The translations under genes were made by a program, and so were the position numbers. Under the pieces are notes generated by a model that was not told the DNA's origin, did not search any database, and worked only from the letters and a program-made list of their open reading frames with translations. From the NCBI GenBank assembly GCA_905178155.1, contig CAJINV010000017.1, positions 984,722-1,048,721 on the forward strand: a DNA stretch of 64,000 bases, given 5' to 3'. Shown in pieces: positions 60,026 through 64,000 of the stretch; the first letter of the stretch is position 1; each line of letters starts with the position of its first letter. Source of the stretch: Amoebophrya sp. A120. Taxonomy: Eukaryota > Protista > Dinoflagellata.

Positions 60026-61923
60026 ATGTTCGGCGGCGGCGGCTTTTTCGACGATGACCCGTTTTTTGCCGATCCCTTCGGTGTAACAAATGCAAATATG
60101 TCTTGGTGGTCTGGACGAAATGGAAAAGCTGTCATCATGCTGAAGATAATTCTTTGATGATGTATTGCACAGAGACCACAGACGGAAAGAGGCAGCCACG
60201 TATGACACATGTTTTTGGAGGGGAGTAGAGCCGTGCTACGTAGTCATGCTCGTCGAGCGATGCTCTTTGCTATTGTGCGTCAGCAATGGTCCTCCCCGGT
60301 CTACAGCATACATCACAAACTCCTCAGTGTTAGCCATGCCATATAAGCATTGCAGAAAATCTTGGATTCTTCCAGACGATGATCCAGAGGGCAGAGACAA
60401 GTTTGCAATGCATACCGTCGCCAGGCAGGCTCGCAACAGCAGCCACACCCACGTGACAGTAGGGGCGGCAGAAGCTCGCAGAATCAGCAGCAGCTCGCGA
60501 GGCCACGGTAGCACTTGCTGCATTGGTTCTTCTAGTTGCATGCTACTCGTGTTTTTATGCGGTCCTGGTGTTGTACATCATTTTCATCAAGTACACAACT
60601 GCAATGGAGATGTAGTAGCTCTATAATATTACAGTTTTTTTCGATTAAAACCAAAGAACACTCCACCATAACATGCAGGGACCCTTTCGCCGCTATGGAG
60701 CAGCGGATGTCGCAGATGATGGGAGGCGGCGGCATGATGATGCCCAGCGGCGGGGGGTTTGGTATGTTTGGCGGAGATCCGTTTGGCGATATGCAGAGTT
60801 CTTCCATGTCAAGTATGATCTCGAGCAGTCGTGGTGGTGGCGGAGGCGGTTCTTTCTCGTCCTCGAGCACGATGGTTTACTCCTCGAAAATGGGTCCGGA
60901 CGGAAAAATGCACACGGAGCGATTTTCCTCCAGTGCAGTGCGGGACGGGCAGCGAGACGCGTTCGAGCAGCAGCAAGCGTATTCCAACTCTTCCACGGGC
61001 GTGGACAAAATGTCAATGGAGCGGCAATATCAACTGCAAAAATGTCTGGGTCTGGAAGAATGCACGTTTGTCATGCTTGTCTGGCATGACTCTTGAGTCT
61101 ATCATGCGCGTTACCCAAGAGCCCCACTTTTCTGTCATGCAGAAACGCAGTCTGTCGTGCAGAATAGGCAACATCTAGAAGCTCAGAAACTTTTCATGCT
61201 GCGCCAGCACTTGTGGCCTCCTCATGATACGCCACCCAGCATCACAAGTTTCCAGGCTGAGACATGTTTGCAATGCATAGGCAGCACCAGAATCGCGGGC
61301 GGAAAATGGTGAAGGAGTACAGCCACGCCACCGGCGAAGACCGGCAAACGGAATTTCTCCGCGGCCTGGAAGATCACGAAAAGAGTGCGTTTGACGCCCA
61401 GTGGCACCAGGAAGTAGCTCCGCACCTGCCACGACACGGCCGCATGTCGATGCCGGCGATGAGCGGTGGATCCGCACTGCCGCAAGGTACTCGTTTTTAC
61501 AGGCTTCATTTAAATTTTCTGCATGGAGGATGTTATTGTTGACGCTTTTCTTCACTTTGTGTTTGTGCCTTTCGTTCACATGTTGTTTCGACGAGCAGGT
61601 GAATTACCTGTGGTGGGGTTTCGATGTTCATCTGGAGTTGATGCTGAAGATGCTTCGACGAGACTACCACGCTTTGTATGTTGGTCTCTTGCAGCCGTTG
61701 ATCACTGAATCGCTGCACACTTAAGGCGATAGATCGCGCTGTCGCATCAAACTTGAAGTGGGTAGTGCAGCACTTTAGTACTTCTCGCATGATTTTGAAC
61801 GAACCAGGTCCGTCGTCGCGGTCCCTCCTTGGCGGCAACGGTGCTGGAGCACGGCGCTCTGAAAACGTCACCAGCAGTCGACGAGGCGGAGGTCGTGGAG
61901 GACCTGCCTTGGAATACAGGTGA
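60026..61923 (+). CDS. MLF: Myeloid leukemia factor (MLF) family protein; exons 60026-60080, 60429-60507, 60679-61023, 61281-61486, 61808-61923
   Basis: FDDDPFFADPF; SFSSSSTMVYSS; QQAYSNSSTGVDKMSMERQ|HQNRGRKMVKEYSHATGED...AFDAQW follow the MLF family pattern. Intron phases are consistent. Confidence 0.8.
60084..60414. mobile_element. Decayed family C-like TIR intron, also enclosed by in-frame GT-AG (60081-60428)
   Basis: TAACAAATGCAAATATGTCT / AGACAAGTTTGCAATGCATA. The right end resembles that of the 61028 copy. Flanks CGGTG and CCGTC. Confidence 0.55.
61028..61279. mobile_element. TIR intron family C, with a GC-AG register at 61024-61280
   Basis: Highly similar to 48705-48947. Flanks GGCAA and GGCAG. 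Removal restores the MLF domain. Confidence 0.9.
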
Positions 61924-63137
61924 AGCAAAACTGCAGGCGTCGTGGCTGCCGAAATGGGTCGTCGTGGCGAGCAAGTACAACATAATCGCAACTGCACAAG
62001 TCTAGTCGTTGGAGTTTTTTTGCGCTCAACCAGAAAACAAATCTGAAAACAAATTCTAGTTCTTGTCCTTACAACTGAGCAAAAGCTAGTGCCGCCTACG
62101 CCGGTGTCTGCGCTACTGAAGTCGCGCATCAACGGTGGTCCATTTATTTGATCAACATCTGCCACCTCCACCTGGCCGCCGATCGTGCGATAGCGGCGCC
62201 TTCATTTACTTGTGGGCCTAATCATTTGGGAGGACGCGACGCAGCTGGAAAAACTCGCAGAGGAGGACGCGATCACTGTCATTTCCACCTCGAATAGATT
62301 TTCACATCATTCCAATGAAAATCAAAATGGATTCGGATGAAATAATCTGTGATAAAATATTTGGATGAACTTCTACAAGATCAGGAATGCAAGCAAGAGA
62401 AGCCGTGGTATTTTTTTACTTGTTTTCACAACTGCACTAGAAGTGTCAAGATGGGAATTCGTTGGAGATTCGGTGGTGGAGTATCAATTACAGAAGTAAT
62501 ATTACGAAGGAAATAGTGGCCATAGAAGTTTCAGTTTGTCACTCATGATTTACATTTTTGTGATTTGTTGGCTTACAACAAAAAGGGTTGGGCAGCTCTG
62601 CTGCATACCATGAAAATGAGTCCGAGGCTAAGAAACTTGTGGTGGTTCATCAATGGAGTCCCCGACAAGCATGTCAGGATGCTCTTCCATTGGTGCGCTA
62701 AGAAACTGTAAATCCGACCCCCCCGCCGCTGAACGGTAATTGCGTCAACATGCACCACAACACGTGTTTAGTTGACCGAAATAAGCGCAGCTACTAGTTC
62801 CTGACTTTTTCCCGGCCATGCTGTTCCTTCAGGGTCGAGATCGCTTTCCGCGACTCGTAGTTTATCCTCGTCGAGATGTTGATCGTGATGTTGATCACGA
62901 AGTCGATGATCTTCTTTATCTTTATTGTACTTGACGAGCACGACGACGGCTTGAAACGAGGCAAAAAAACGTTCTAAAAGATGAGAGTTTGTTAGTAGAC
63001 GAGAGCAAAGAAAAAGAACAGCGTGTGCGCTTCTTAAGGTGAGCGGGAAAGAAAAAGAAAGCTACACTGGAACAGGATTGGGAGGACGGTGCGATTACCG
63101 CCTGACGTGCGCAATACATTAGCGAAGATTCTTCACG

Positions 63138-63893
63138 ATGGCAGCCCCAGGTCGTCCTCCGAAGATTTTGGTTTTCGGCGCCAGCGGGCAGACTGGGAAG
63201 TACGTGACGAAATTCGCGCTCGAGTCTTCGAATGGCTACTGTGTGGTCGCGTTCGTCCGCACCCCCGACAAGTTGCGATCGCTGCTGCGCGACCTGGGCG
63301 TCCAGCAATCCGTCATCGATGCGCGTCTCGAGATCGTGCAGGGTGATTTGACTGATGCCGACGCGATTAAGAGCGTGATTCGCGAGAAGCTCACCCCCGA
63401 GACGGGCGACGTGATCATCAACTGTGCGGGGAAACCGAAGGCCTGCAGTCTGTGCGGCGGCGCGCCGCTGCTGCCGAACGCGGTGCGGGCGATCGTGGAG
63501 GCGATGCGACAGAAGGGGCTGAAGCGGTTTCTGAACCAGATGGGCGCGATGACAGTGGACAAGCGGCTGCGGCGCGATCCGTCGTACTACCCAAAGAAGT
63601 GCATGGTGCGCTGCTGTGGGCCCCTTATGTGCATCCGCGGCATGGTGGGGGACAACGAACAAGTGGCCCCGTTCCTCTACCAGGAGTGCGTCGATATCGA
63701 GTGGATCGTGAGCAGACCGGGACTGCTGGTGGAAGGGAAATCCAAGTGCGGCGAGAAACATACCATGGGTGTCGTGTCGAAGGAACCCTTTTCGACTGCG
63801 TACGTGGACCTCGGGGAGTGGACCGTGAAAGCGGTTTTCGACGCCAATCTGGTGCACACCTCGCCGACGCCGGGCTACGTCGCACGAAGATGA
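63138..63893 (+). CDS. NAD(P)-binding Rossmann-fold oxidoreductase (flavin reductase/biliverdin IX-beta reductase-like), intronless
   Basis: KILVFGASGQTG, AFVRTPDKL, IVQGDLTD, DVIINCAG and WIVSRPGLL motifs; 251 aa. Confidence 0.88.
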   Translation: MAAPGRPPKILVFGASGQTGKYVTKFALESSNGYCVVAFVRTPDKLRSLLRDLGVQQSVIDARLEIVQGDLTDADAIKSVIREKLTPETGDVIINCAGKPKACSLCGGAPLLPNAVRAIVEAMRQKGLKRFLNQMGAMTVDKRLRRDPSYYPKKCMVRCCGPLMCIRGMVGDNEQVAPFLYQECVDIEWIVSRPGLLVEGKSKCGEKHTMGVVSKEPFSTAYVDLGEWTVKAVFDANLVHTSPTPGYVARR

Positions 63894-64000
63894 GCGCTGA
63901 AACCATGACTCTAACGTCGCTCGTCGTCCTCGACAGATGAAATAAATGAATGTGATCTCCATTTCCAGGAGGAGCGTCAATCCGGATCACTGCTGTGTGG

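Noticed and set aside
62922-63980. 352-aa minus-strand ORF and other long antisense ORFs
   Set aside because: Shadows of GC3-rich plus-strand genes with no recognisable motifs.

Overview
Eukaryotic nuclear DNA from an intron-containing protist. About ten protein genes can be modelled and all lie on the + strand: a RING-CH + DUF179 protein, a ~6,000-aa low-complexity giant, an RS-rich protein, a ubiquitin-like + PPPDE peptidase, a large PAM2-motif protein, an Mpv17/PMP22 protein, a coiled-coil protein, TMEM231, an MLF-family protein and an NAD(P)-binding reductase. The main signal is about 17 short (109-431 bp) insertions inside coding sequence. They have terminal inverted repeats, nearly all start TAT and end ATA, and they are flanked by a 5-bp direct repeat. 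Removing the element plus one repeat copy restores the reading frame, and in several cases a conserved domain. In the nine copies with identical direct repeats, no cut register gives GT-AG, GC-AG or AT-AC. The elements fall into several families, occur in both orientations and share an internal GCATGACAAA motif, and some older copies appear to have gained canonical splice sites. This resembles the non-canonical introner introns reported for the parasitic dinoflagellate relative Amoebophrya; that assignment is an inference. Also present: two PIF/Harbinger-like non-autonomous elements at splice sites, a short retro-type insertion nested in an introner arm, and an in-frame TGA in apparent coding sequence. 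All coordinates and match counts were made by eye and no transcript evidence is available.
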